In this document: in pieces, positions 9,724 to 19,052 of the stretch
Layout: each line of letters opens with the position of its first letter
Position numbering within the stretch: the first letter of the stretch is position 1
Origin: Myxococcota bacterium
GTDB taxonomy: Bacteria; Myxococcota; JACRCW01
DNA: 64,000 nucleotides
Direction: 5' to 3'
NCBI GenBank assembly: GCA_040752415.1
Contig: JBFMGU010000004.1
Location: 29,134-93,133, forward strand
The notes under the pieces: generated by a model
Told to the model about the DNA's origin: nothing
Seen by the model: the letters and a program-made list of their open reading frames with translations, nothing else
The model's database searches: none
Made by a program: the position numbers and the translations under genes

Positions 9724-10989
9724 TCATGACCGCGCGGGTCGCGCGTGGACCGCCGCCTGCCAGCTCCGGTCGGGAGACCGCATTGCGGCTTCAACCACGT
9801 CGCCGTCCAGGCGCTGATTCCGGACGTCCTCCCACAACATGGAAACGACCCGGTCTGGCGGAAGCGAGGGACGGTAGGGACGATCCTGCGCGAGCGCCTG
9901 GAACACGTCCGCCACGCTGATGATCCTGGCCTCCAGCGGTAGCTCCGCCGGCGCACCCTCGAACGCGTAGCCGCTGCCATTCAGCCCCGCGTGGTGGAGC
10001 CCGGCCCAGACCGCGATCTCGCTGAACCCGTCGATGCGGGAGAGCAGCGCGTGGGTATCCGTGGGGTGACGCTCCACCAACGCACGCTCCCGCTCGTCCA
10101 GCGGACCGGGTTTGTCCAGGAGCTTGTCAGGGACCTTGAGCTTGCCAATGTCATGGAGGAGCGCCGCCACCTCCAGCCGGAACCGACGCTCCGCGGGCAA
10201 GCGCAACTCTCCCGCCAGCAGCAGCGAGAGGCGGGCAACACCGTCGGAATGCTCGGCGGTGAAGTGACTCTTGGCGTCCACCACGTGCGCAAACAGGCGC
10301 GCCAACTGCCGCACCTCCAGCGTGCCAATGGGACAGGCCTCCTGAGCCAGCCACGCGGACCACCACGCGCGCAACGCGTCCGGCGTCTGGCCGTCCCAGA
10401 ATGCCGGCGTCGCAATGTCGTGCAATGCGTCGACAAGCCCTGGCGCGAACAGGTCCCCGCGGTGTCGACGGAGGGCGTGGAGCACCAGGCTCTCGTCGCC
10501 ATGCATCCCGCTTTCACGCAACGTGACACGCAGCGCGTCCACGCGGTCGCAGAGGAAGAGGGCGTTGGCGAGCAGCGCGTCCTCCCCGCTCAACTGCGCG
10601 CGCTCAAGAACTGCCCAGGGCGTGTGGTGATGCAGGACCAGCGGAGCAAGGTTCTCCAGCGCCGGCACGCCGGCAACCAGTCGCGCGCCCCGCTCGCAGT
10701 GGTCGTCAGAGGTTGAGTGGAGCCCGCTGGCCAGCAGTCCACGTCGCTGCGACGACGACGACACGCCGCAGTCATGCAGGAGTCCCGCCCGCGCCAATCG
10801 CTCCCGGGCGTGCGGCCCCAGGCCAGCCGGGCCTGCAAGCTGCATCACCATGAAGGCCACGCGTTGGCCGTGGTGTGTGTCATCAACGCCCACGCAGTCG
10901 AGCGCTTCGGTCAGCGTGAGCACCGCCTGCCGCAGATCGGCAACAACGGCGGGACGGGCAATGGGCAGAGGCAAGTGAGGCGCGACCAT
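9724..10989 (-). CDS. Tandem HD/HD-GYP domain protein (c-di-GMP phosphodiesterase family)
   Basis: LLHDCG and LLHDIGKL; VADVFQALAQDRPYR; GYP motif degenerate (HHAGLNGSGYAF). Confidence 0.85.
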   Translation of the reverse strand: MVAPHLPLPIARPAVVADLRQAVLTLTEALDCVGVDDTHHGQRVAFMVMQLAGPAGLGPHARERLARAGLLHDCGVSSSSQRRGLLASGLHSTSDDHCERGARLVAGVPALENLAPLVLHHHTPWAVLERAQLSGEDALLANALFLCDRVDALRVTLRESGMHGDESLVLHALRRHRGDLFAPGLVDALHDIATPAFWDGQTPDALRAWWSAWLAQEACPIGTLEVRQLARLFAHVVDAKSHFTAEHSDGVARLSLLLAGELRLPAERRFRLEVAALLHDIGKLKVPDKLLDKPGPLDERERALVERHPTDTHALLSRIDGFSEIAVWAGLHHAGLNGSGYAFEGAPAELPLEARIISVADVFQALAQDRPYRPSLPPDRVVSMLWEDVRNQRLDGDVVEAAMRSPDRSWQAAVHARPARS

Positions 10990-11362
10990 GGTTCAACCCG
11001 ACGAGTTGCACGCGACACGCCAAACGCGGGAGCGGATTCCCAGAGCGAACGGCGGGTTGCGCTTGACGGCACCGGCGCACACTTCTCGTCGTGCGCGACA
11101 CACCGGCAATGTTGTCCGGGATTCAACGAACACGAAGCGCAGAAGCTGCGCGATGGGTCCTCCGGGAATGCGCGCACGTACCGCTTGACAGTGACGGCAC
11201 ACCGGGCAGCAGCGCGGAGCGTGGATGCCAACGCAGCCTGCAACGAGGCCGACGGGCCCGCTGGCCGAGTCCGCGCTCGAGGGGCGGCCGCGTTCCGACG
11301 ACGACGGTTTCCTTGGCCGGCGGAGTGGCGATGCGTATCTCCGTCAAGAGGGAGGGACCAGG

Positions 11363-12589
11363 GTGCGGCCCTTCATTGGCGTGGGAAAGAGCAACCGGCG
11401 GGACCCGCGTGAGGCCGGCCGGGAGGCTGCAGGAATGGCCGTGGCGGGGGCGCCACCGGACGGCATTGGTCTTGTCCTGGTGCACTCCACCGTGGGCTAT
11501 GAGCAGGGTGCGCTCCTGGACGGCGTGGTTGACGTCACGGGAAAGGCGCCGCTCTCCGGCTGCTCCAGCTCCGGCGTCATCACCAGGGCTGGCTCGGACG
11601 AATCTGATCACGCTGTCGCGGTCATGGTCATGGGTTCGGATCGCCTTCGCTTCGAGACGGTCCAGGTGGGCGCGTTCTCCGAGGACCCCCAGCGTTGCGG
11701 ACGGGACCTTGCTCAGCGCCTTGCCCGCAGTCTTCAGCGGACTCGCGCCGACGAGCACCGGGTGCTGATGATCTTCCCCGACGGGACGGCCGGCAACGTC
11801 CGCGAGCTCCTCCGCAACCTGGAAGGGACGCTCCAGGTTCCACTGCTGATGGCCGGCGGGACCGCGGGTGAGATGCTCCAGATGGGGCCCACCTACCAGT
11901 TCCACGACGGTCGCGTGGCGTCCAATGCTGTCTCCGCCGTGCTCATCACCGGCGACTTCCTTCCGGAGGTCTCCGTCAACCAATGCTGCGACCCCGTGGG
12001 CATTGAGCACACCATCACACGCGCCAAGGACTGCTGGGTGCTGGAGATTGACGACAAGCCCGCGTGGGAGACCTACCGGGAGTACCTGGACACGCAGGAC
12101 GCGTCCTCCCTGACGATGTCCGACTTTTGTTACATCAGTCTCGCCGAGCGGCTGGATGAGCCCGACCCGGAATACGGCGAGTTCCTGGTGCGCTCGCCGT
12201 TGAAAGCGGACCCGGCCACTGGCGCGCTCTTCTTCCCCGCAGACATCCGCACCGGCGCCCGGGTGCGGGTGGCGCTGCGCCGGCCGGAGGAGGTTGTTGC
12301 CCGGTCGCTTGCGTGCGCGCGGAACATGCTGGCGCGACATCCATCCCGCCATCCCGACGTGGTCCTCCAGTTCAACTGCAGCTTCCGCGCGGGTCTGCTC
12401 TTTGGCCGGCACACCACGGAGCGGTCCATCACGCCGTTGCAGCGGGAGTTTGGCGACGACGTGGCCTGGTTCGGGTTCAACAGCTACGGCGAGATTGCAC
12501 CGTTGGCCCATGGTCCAACCCGCATCCACAATTACTCGGCGGTCCTATGCGCTCTCTACGTGGAGCCGGGAGGGAGTGTGGGATGCTGA
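11363..12589 (+). CDS. FIST domain signal transduction protein
   Basis: SGCSSSGVI, AGGTAG, FNCSFR and GFNSYGEI...HNYS; GTG 11363 after GAGGGAGG. Confidence 0.87.
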   Translation: MRPFIGVGKSNRRDPREAGREAAGMAVAGAPPDGIGLVLVHSTVGYEQGALLDGVVDVTGKAPLSGCSSSGVITRAGSDESDHAVAVMVMGSDRLRFETVQVGAFSEDPQRCGRDLAQRLARSLQRTRADEHRVLMIFPDGTAGNVRELLRNLEGTLQVPLLMAGGTAGEMLQMGPTYQFHDGRVASNAVSAVLITGDFLPEVSVNQCCDPVGIEHTITRAKDCWVLEIDDKPAWETYREYLDTQDASSLTMSDFCYISLAERLDEPDPEYGEFLVRSPLKADPATGALFFPADIRTGARVRVALRRPEEVVARSLACARNMLARHPSRHPDVVLQFNCSFRAGLLFGRHTTERSITPLQREFGDDVAWFGFNSYGEIAPLAHGPTRIHNYSAVLCALYVEPGGSVGC

Positions 12590-13950
12590 GCGTCGGGAGT
12601 GATGGTCGGAACGACGACCCCCTGAGGAGAGAGGTGCTCTCCCTCAATGAGCAGGTCAAGCAGCTTGTCCGGACCGAGCATCGTCTCTCCCTGTGGCAGC
12701 AACGCCTTGATGGTCAGCTCGAGCGGGTGGAGGCGCTGAACCGCCTGTCCCTCCAGGCCGGAGAAGCCACCGAGCCCGCCACGATCCTGGTGCTGGCGTT
12801 GGATGCCATGCTCGCGCTCTTCTCGTATGAGCAGGCGATTGCGTTCCTGCGGCAGGGAGAAGCCTACGTGGCGGTGGCGCGTCGCAATTTCCTCTCCGAC
12901 GGCGACGGAACGACGAGAAACGACCCCGCACCGGTCTCTTCACCGCCAACCCCGCAGGACATCCATGAGCCGCTCCTGGACGAGGATGCCCCGTGGCTGA
13001 AGCCATTCCACGCCGCATGGGCTGCCTCGTTGCTGCGCGGTGAGGACGGGAGTGGCGGGCCGTGCCTGGCGCTGCCGGTGTCGTCGGACAGGATGCTGGC
13101 GTTGCTGCTGTTCCGGCGGGGGCAGCACCTCACGTCTCCGCTGGAGGTCCTGCCCCAACGCGACGACCTCCCGTTCCTGCGGTTGTTCGGCGCCCACGTT
13201 GCCGGAGCACTCCGGAATCTCCTGCTGTACCGGGAAGCGCAGGAGGCCATCCGCTTCCGCGACGAGTTCCTCATGCTGGCGTCCCACGAGCTGAAGACAC
13301 CGCTGACAACCAGCCTCCTGCTCTTCCAGTCGCTGCGCAAGCATGACCGCCTCCAGTGCATGAGCGCCGCCAATGCGGAGTCCCTGGAGCGCCAGATTCT
13401 CCGGCTCAACGCGCTGGTGGAGCAGCTGCTCGACGTTTCTCGCATCAGGCATGGTCGGTTTGCTCCGCGACGCAAGGACGCGGACCTGGTCCAGCTGACC
13501 CGTGAAGTGATCTGGCGGTTCAGGTTCGACGCCGAGCAGAAGGGCTCAAGCGTTTCCTTGTCAGCCCCCGCGTCCGTGGTGGTCAGCGCGGATGCAGCGC
13601 AGATTGACCAGGTCCTTGCGAACCTGTTGTCGAATGCCATCAAGTTCGGGGAAGGACGTCCCATCCAGGTGAACGTCGACGTCTTGCCGGAACGTGCCCA
13701 GGTGCGCGTGCATGACAGCGGCATTGGGATCCCCGCGGCAGACCAGGCCCGGGTGTTCCAGTGTTTTGAGCGCGCGGTGTCCCTCAAGAACTTCGGCGGA
13801 TTGGGCCTGGGGCTATACATCTCGAAGCGGATAGCCGAGGCGCACGGGGGCGGGATCGGCGTGGAGAGTTCCGTGGAGAGTGGCACCACCTTCACGCTCT
13901 GGCTGCCACGCCAACCCACGATCTGCCCGGGGCCTGACCTCGTGCACTGA
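12583..13950 (+). CDS. GAF-like sensor histidine kinase
   Basis: ASHELKTPL, NAIKF, DSGIG, GLGLGL; overlaps the FIST stop. Confidence 0.88.
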   Translation: MLSVGSDGRNDDPLRREVLSLNEQVKQLVRTEHRLSLWQQRLDGQLERVEALNRLSLQAGEATEPATILVLALDAMLALFSYEQAIAFLRQGEAYVAVARRNFLSDGDGTTRNDPAPVSSPPTPQDIHEPLLDEDAPWLKPFHAAWAASLLRGEDGSGGPCLALPVSSDRMLALLLFRRGQHLTSPLEVLPQRDDLPFLRLFGAHVAGALRNLLLYREAQEAIRFRDEFLMLASHELKTPLTTSLLLFQSLRKHDRLQCMSAANAESLERQILRLNALVEQLLDVSRIRHGRFAPRRKDADLVQLTREVIWRFRFDAEQKGSSVSLSAPASVVVSADAAQIDQVLANLLSNAIKFGEGRPIQVNVDVLPERAQVRVHDSGIGIPAADQARVFQCFERAVSLKNFGGLGLGLYISKRIAEAHGGGIGVESSVESGTTFTLWLPRQPTICPGPDLVH

Positions 13951-14040
13951 GGCGGTGTCGGCAGGAAGCGTGATTGGGAGCAGCGACGGTAAGGGGCTGC
14001 GTCAGGACAGGTTGCCCATCTGGTCATGACCACCTCCAGC

Positions 14041-14236
14041 GGACCACGACCTGGAGTGCGGCGGGCCCTCGCCGCCCTGGTCAGGGTCGAGCGGTTTGGA
14101 CGACCGTCAAGGGTCCACGCGCCATGAGGCAGAGCCTCGCCCGACGTCATTGAGCCCCAGGGCTGGTCGGCCCGTTGTGAACAGGCTCGGCGCTGACCAG
14201 GGCGGCGAGGGCCCGCCGCACTCCAGGTCGTGGTCC
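14041..14236. repeat. Long inverted repeat, perfect 44-bp arms
   Basis: 14041-14084 is the exact reverse complement of 14193-14236; 108-nt spacer. Confidence 0.9.
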
Positions 14237-14582
14237 CGACGCAGCGGCACAAGCGTGGGGGGTGTTCGCCTGCCACGGGGGAGCGGAAGCGCCGGCCGTC
14301 GGAATGTCACCCGCTTTGACTTTGGGACGGCCGGGTTGCATGCTGGCGCCGTCGTGTCGACGTGGAGACCGGGAACGGTGCTCAAGCGTTCGACAAGACG
14401 CAAGAGCGAGGCGCTCATCATGCAATCCACCATCCTCCGGCCGCTTTTCCGCGCCCGCATTTCTCGCGGGTTTGGCGGTCTCATGGGGATGATGGGCCTG
14501 CTGGCGTAGGTACCCAGCGGGTGTGACGGGCGAATCGTGTCAACGACAGCTTCGTAAGAACTTCGAGTAGGACCGCCCACCC

Positions 14583-14963
14583 ATGTCTTGTGTGACGCTC
14601 AGGCAGCTCGGGCAACACCTCGCTCACTTGCGCAAACGGGCCGGGCTCTCGCAGGCGCAGGTCGCGGCGCACGTGGGCGTCACCATGGAGACCATCAGTC
14701 GCGTGGAGCGCGGGGTTCAGTGGACGGATCTCGCGGTCCTGACGGGAATGGCTGACGCATTCGGTGTCTCCTGGCGGGAGCTGGTGGCGGTGGCCGAGGG
14801 GAGCGACCAATGTCCCCACGACGCCGTCATCCGGGAGATCGTCTCGTTGCTCAGCGGGCGTCCCCTTTCCGACGTGGAATTCGTGCGGGACATGGTGGCG
14901 GTCATCCTCCAGCACGAACGGAAGCCGGGGGCCATGGCTCGCGGCCGGCAGCCGAACGAGTGA
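14583..14963 (+). CDS. XRE-family HTH transcriptional regulator
   Basis: LRKRAGLSQAQVAAHVGVTMETISRVERG. Confidence 0.88.
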   Translation: MSCVTLRQLGQHLAHLRKRAGLSQAQVAAHVGVTMETISRVERGVQWTDLAVLTGMADAFGVSWRELVAVAEGSDQCPHDAVIREIVSLLSGRPLSDVEFVRDMVAVILQHERKPGAMARGRQPNE

Positions 14964-15354
14964 GCGCGCGGGCTGCGCGGCGTGCTCATGGGCGCCACCA
15001 CCCGCACCTCATCGGAGCAACCGGGCGCCCAGGCGAACCGCGTCGCGCCCTCTGCCCTGTGCGTGAGCGGCTGGTGCGGCGGGGTTCAGCATTGCCGCGC
15101 ATGTGACGATGAAGGCCTTGAGCGCACGCGGCTGGGTGCCACGAGGTCCGAATGGGAGCATGGTCATCCATCCAGCGGTACGTCCCCTGCCGCCTCCGAG
15201 CACACAGACGGCTCCGATGCCCCGGCGCGCGGTCCTCCAGCGTGGACATCAACGGAGGTGAGCGCTCGTCGTTGAAGCGCGAGAGACTCCGGTGCGCGGG
15301 CCCCTCCGCGGAAGCCGCGCCTGGCATTGAATCTGCTCAACTCGAGCGCAACCC

Positions 15355-17064
15355 ATGAGCGCGAAGCGATCAGGACGTGTGGCTCGGTGGGACGGAGTGC
15401 CCGTGGACTCGCGGACGGTTGGTAACGGTGTCGAGATGGGTGAGCAGGACGCTCAACGTAGGCCCTCCCTCCCCGCCACGCCCGGGGTTTTCCTTGGCGC
15501 AGACACGCCACTGGAGCTGGCGGCGTTGTCGGCGGTGGCGGATCCGGTGGTCATCACGGACTCGAACGGCAAGATTGTCTTCGCAAATCCTGCGTTCACG
15601 GCGCAAAACGGTTTCACGCTGGAGGAAGCCAAGGGGAACACCCCGCGCATTCTTCGCGGCGCCACGCCGCCCGAGGTGGTTGCAGACCTCTGGCGCACCA
15701 TTTCCGCTGGGCGTACCTGGCAGGGCGTTGTCCAGAACCGGCGAAAGGATGGCTCCGAGTACACCAGCGAGCTGACGATTGCGCCCGTCATTCCCGAGGG
15801 ACAGACAACGCCGTCCCACTTTGTCGCCACCCATCGCGACATCACCGCTCGCCTCCGTGCGGAGAACGAGGTCCGCAACGGGGAACGTCGTCTCCGCGTG
15901 CTGATCAACGCGCTTCCGGAGGCCGTCCTCGTCATCCAGGGAGGCGTCGTGGTGGACGCAAACACCGCTGCCGCCGCCATGGCAGGGGTGGCGGAGTTGA
16001 AGGACCTGCTGGGCGGCCCCGTCGGCGCGGTGATTCCCGAGGAGGACGTGAAGCGTCTCAGGGAGACCGGGACAAGCACACCGAGCCAGGACTACCGCTT
16101 CCTGCGGCGCGACGGCACCGAGGTGGTGGTGGAAGGCGCGGCGGTTCCCGTCGTGGTCGACGCCGAACCGGCCCTGCTGGTGGTGGGGCGCGACGTCACG
16201 GAAGCAAGGCAGCTTCGCGCCAAGATGGTGCAACTGGATCGACTGGTCTCGGTAGGGACGCTGGCCGCGGGGGTTGCGCACGAGGTCAACAACCCACTCG
16301 CCTACCTCCTGAGCAATCTTGATTTCGCGTTGGAGCGGGTCGCGCACGAGCTCTCGCTCCACTCCGCGGCGACGGAACGGACCACGGAAGGAGGAGCGCA
16401 GGTGGCGTTCCTGGAGGAACTTCTGGCTTCCCTGCGGGATGCGCGTGATGGAGCGGAGCGCGTGCGCAAGATCTCGCGTGACCTGAAGACCTTTGCCCGT
16501 GGCGACGGGGAAGGGCGCCGCCCCGTCTGCGTGGAACGCGTCCTGGACGTGGCCATCAACATGACGCGGAACCAGTTGGTTCATCGCGCCCGCCTGACCC
16601 GGTCCCAGGGTGAGCCCGCCCCCGTCATGGCCAATGAGGGACAGCTCGCGCAGGTGTTCGTGAATCTCCTTGTCAATGGAGCGCAGGCCATTCGTAGCGG
16701 TCGTCCCGGCGAGAACGAGATTCACGTCAGCACAAGCATGGTTGGCGGGAATGTCGTGGTGATGATTCGAGACACCGGGGCTGGCATTGCGCCCGAGGCG
16801 CTGCAGCGGATCTTCGAACCGTTCTTCACCACCAAGCCCGTGGGAGAGGGGACGGGGTTGGGGTTGAGCATCTGCTTCGGGATTGTCCGGGATCTCGGCG
16901 GCGACATCACCGTGAAGTCCGACGTTGGCGCAGGCACGGAGGTCACTGTCACCCTGCCGGCGCTGAGGCGTGGACATGACGCCGAGGGCGCGCAGCAACG
17001 GAAGGAGCCGCTCCGTTCCCAAGGCAACGAGAGTGCTGCAAGCCCGGCGCCGGCCCGACGATGA
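15355..17064 (+). CDS. PAS-PAS histidine kinase
   Basis: NifL-like first PAS (NPAF...GNTPRIL...NRRKDG), second PAS, AHEVNNPL, FFTTKP; start may be 15436. Confidence 0.9.
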   Translation: MSAKRSGRVARWDGVPVDSRTVGNGVEMGEQDAQRRPSLPATPGVFLGADTPLELAALSAVADPVVITDSNGKIVFANPAFTAQNGFTLEEAKGNTPRILRGATPPEVVADLWRTISAGRTWQGVVQNRRKDGSEYTSELTIAPVIPEGQTTPSHFVATHRDITARLRAENEVRNGERRLRVLINALPEAVLVIQGGVVVDANTAAAAMAGVAELKDLLGGPVGAVIPEEDVKRLRETGTSTPSQDYRFLRRDGTEVVVEGAAVPVVVDAEPALLVVGRDVTEARQLRAKMVQLDRLVSVGTLAAGVAHEVNNPLAYLLSNLDFALERVAHELSLHSAATERTTEGGAQVAFLEELLASLRDARDGAERVRKISRDLKTFARGDGEGRRPVCVERVLDVAINMTRNQLVHRARLTRSQGEPAPVMANEGQLAQVFVNLLVNGAQAIRSGRPGENEIHVSTSMVGGNVVVMIRDTGAGIAPEALQRIFEPFFTTKPVGEGTGLGLSICFGIVRDLGGDITVKSDVGAGTEVTVTLPALRRGHDAEGAQQRKEPLRSQGNESAASPAPARR

Positions 17065-17174
17065 GCGACGAGGTTGGTCCTCGTTCAAGGCGCCCGACGG
17101 CAGGATGGTGCAGGTAACCGCGAGTGACCTGGTGGTGCTGGTGTTGGATGGGACGCCGAGCCCGACGGAGCCGC

Positions 17175-18128
17175 TCACACGGGATCGGGTGGCGGCTTCT
17201 TGGGTTGCCACGGCAGCGATGCGAGCGGCAGCAGGATTCCAAACACCGCACCGGGGCCACAGTGCAGGTAGATCGACGGGGAGAGTGGCCGCAGGTACAG
17301 GAAACGCACCGAATAGGTCTTGCGAAGGCGCTCTTCCAGTCGTCGGGCGGCGCCGGCGTTGTTGCCATGGGCAATGGCGGCCCACACATCCGTGCCCGGC
17401 GGAATCATGCTGCTCAGGTATTCCACCACCTTGTCCGGGGCGTCGGCGCGCGTGCTCACCTTGCCAACGGCCTTGAGCTCGCCGTCGCGCAGCTCCAGCA
17501 CGGGGCGGATGTTCAGCGCGTCCGCAATCCACGCCTTGACGAAGCTGGCCTTGCCCCCCTTCACCAGGTTGTCCAGCGTGGCAAGGGTGAGGATGGAGCG
17601 CATGGTGGGCGCGGCTGCATCCAGGAGCTTGCCAATCTCCTCCAGGCCCAGCCCCGACGCGCGCGCTTCCGCCGCCAGCAGTGTGAGGAGGCCCGCGCCC
17701 ACGTCGGTGGAGAGGGAGTCCACCACGCGGATTCGACGCGCCAGCTCCGCCTGGCCGTGCTTCTCGAACGTCTCCAGCGACGTCATGGCGGAGTTGTAGG
17801 AGTGGATGAGCTTGCGGGAGGTCTGGATGGCCAGGATCGCTTTGCCGTCCGCGCCCAGGTCCGTAAACCAGTTGGCAAACTGTGACGCCGAGGTGCCAAT
17901 CACAAAAGGATGCTTCTTGGCTTTCTGCACCCACGCATCAATGGTTTCGAACGGAAACCCCTTGCGCGTGTCGTGGTACTCCCCGTCGACCGCAATCTGC
18001 TGCGGCGTGATGTGGAGCTTGTAATGCTCAATCAGGTTCTCGGCCAGGTTGGAGCCTGGATTGGTCAAGATGTGCACGCGGCCTCCCGGTCGGTACGGAG
18101 CAGAACCGACGTGCTCCGTGCGTGTCAA
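17175..18128 (-). CDS. DegV-family fatty-acid-binding protein
   Basis: GTSASQF, SRKLIHSYNSA, VVDSLS, TLDNLVKGG, LNIRPVL, HCGPGA. Confidence 0.85.
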   Translation of the reverse strand: MTRTEHVGSAPYRPGGRVHILTNPGSNLAENLIEHYKLHITPQQIAVDGEYHDTRKGFPFETIDAWVQKAKKHPFVIGTSASQFANWFTDLGADGKAILAIQTSRKLIHSYNSAMTSLETFEKHGQAELARRIRVVDSLSTDVGAGLLTLLAAEARASGLGLEEIGKLLDAAAPTMRSILTLATLDNLVKGGKASFVKAWIADALNIRPVLELRDGELKAVGKVSTRADAPDKVVEYLSSMIPPGTDVWAAIAHGNNAGAARRLEERLRKTYSVRFLYLRPLSPSIYLHCGPGAVFGILLPLASLPWQPKKPPPDPV

Positions 18129-18352
18129 CGTGGGCGCTCGGGGACGATGTGGGCCCGACAGACACGTTCCGCTCCCGTGGCGGCGCCTGGAGCCGCAGCG
18201 TTACCAGATGGTTCTTCCCGGAGTCCTCCTGGACCCTCTTTGGAGCTGGTTCCGACGCCAACAACGTATTCCATGGGCATGGCCAGCGACTTCACGTTGG
18301 GCGCGGCGTGAGCGCGGGTGTAGGCTGCGTGGCGAATCGAAGGAGGCCCGCC

Positions 18353-18946
18353 GTGACGCTCAAATCCGTGGAGCAGTTCCTCCGCGACCTCCCGCGAGGG
18401 ATGGACTCCTACCCGCAGTGTGAGCAGAAGGGTGCGGTGCTCAGGACCTTCATGGCGGAGAAGCCGCTCGACGCGTACGTGGACCAGGTGCCCGCGGAGG
18501 TGGCGCGCCTGGTCCGTGAGCCTCCTCCCGTCTCCAGCTGGGTCCCGGAGGTCCACGCCACCGCGCTCTACCTGGCCATGATGGACCTGTGCTTTTCGGG
18601 TGAGCAGGAGTTCGTGGACTTCGCGCACGCGACCAACCGCAAGCTCCTGGACGGGCCCATCTACTGGGCCGTGTTCCGGTTGGTGGGTGCGGAGCGGGTG
18701 GTGACGGGCGCGGCGTCGCGCTGGGGCCAGATGCACAAAGGCACCACACTCACGGCAAGGATGGATGGCTCCAGGTCAAGCACGCTGGTGCTGGAGTTTC
18801 CCGTCGGGCTGGTGCCGCCGGTGCTCGCGCGCTGCTACATGACCGGCATGGCCGCCGCCGTGGAGGTTGCGGGCGGGAAGGACGTGAAGATGTCGCTCGG
18901 CTCGCAGGCCCCCACTTCCATCACGATGGTTGGGTCCTGGACGTGA
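18353..18946 (+). CDS. Myxobacterial DUF2378-like hypothetical protein
   Basis: AAGGAGG plus GTG 18353; SSWVPE...RWGQMHKG pattern resembles myxobacterial DUF2378-like proteins. Confidence 0.55.
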   Translation: MTLKSVEQFLRDLPRGMDSYPQCEQKGAVLRTFMAEKPLDAYVDQVPAEVARLVREPPPVSSWVPEVHATALYLAMMDLCFSGEQEFVDFAHATNRKLLDGPIYWAVFRLVGAERVVTGAASRWGQMHKGTTLTARMDGSRSSTLVLEFPVGLVPPVLARCYMTGMAAAVEVAGGKDVKMSLGSQAPTSITMVGSWT

Positions 18947-19052
18947 CGACAGAACCGGTCCGCTTGCGCCGAACGTCGGCGCGGGGCCCGTGCTTGCTTG
19001 GCTCATCCACGACGAGCAGTCCGCGTGCATGGCCATGAGAGGTCCACGCATC

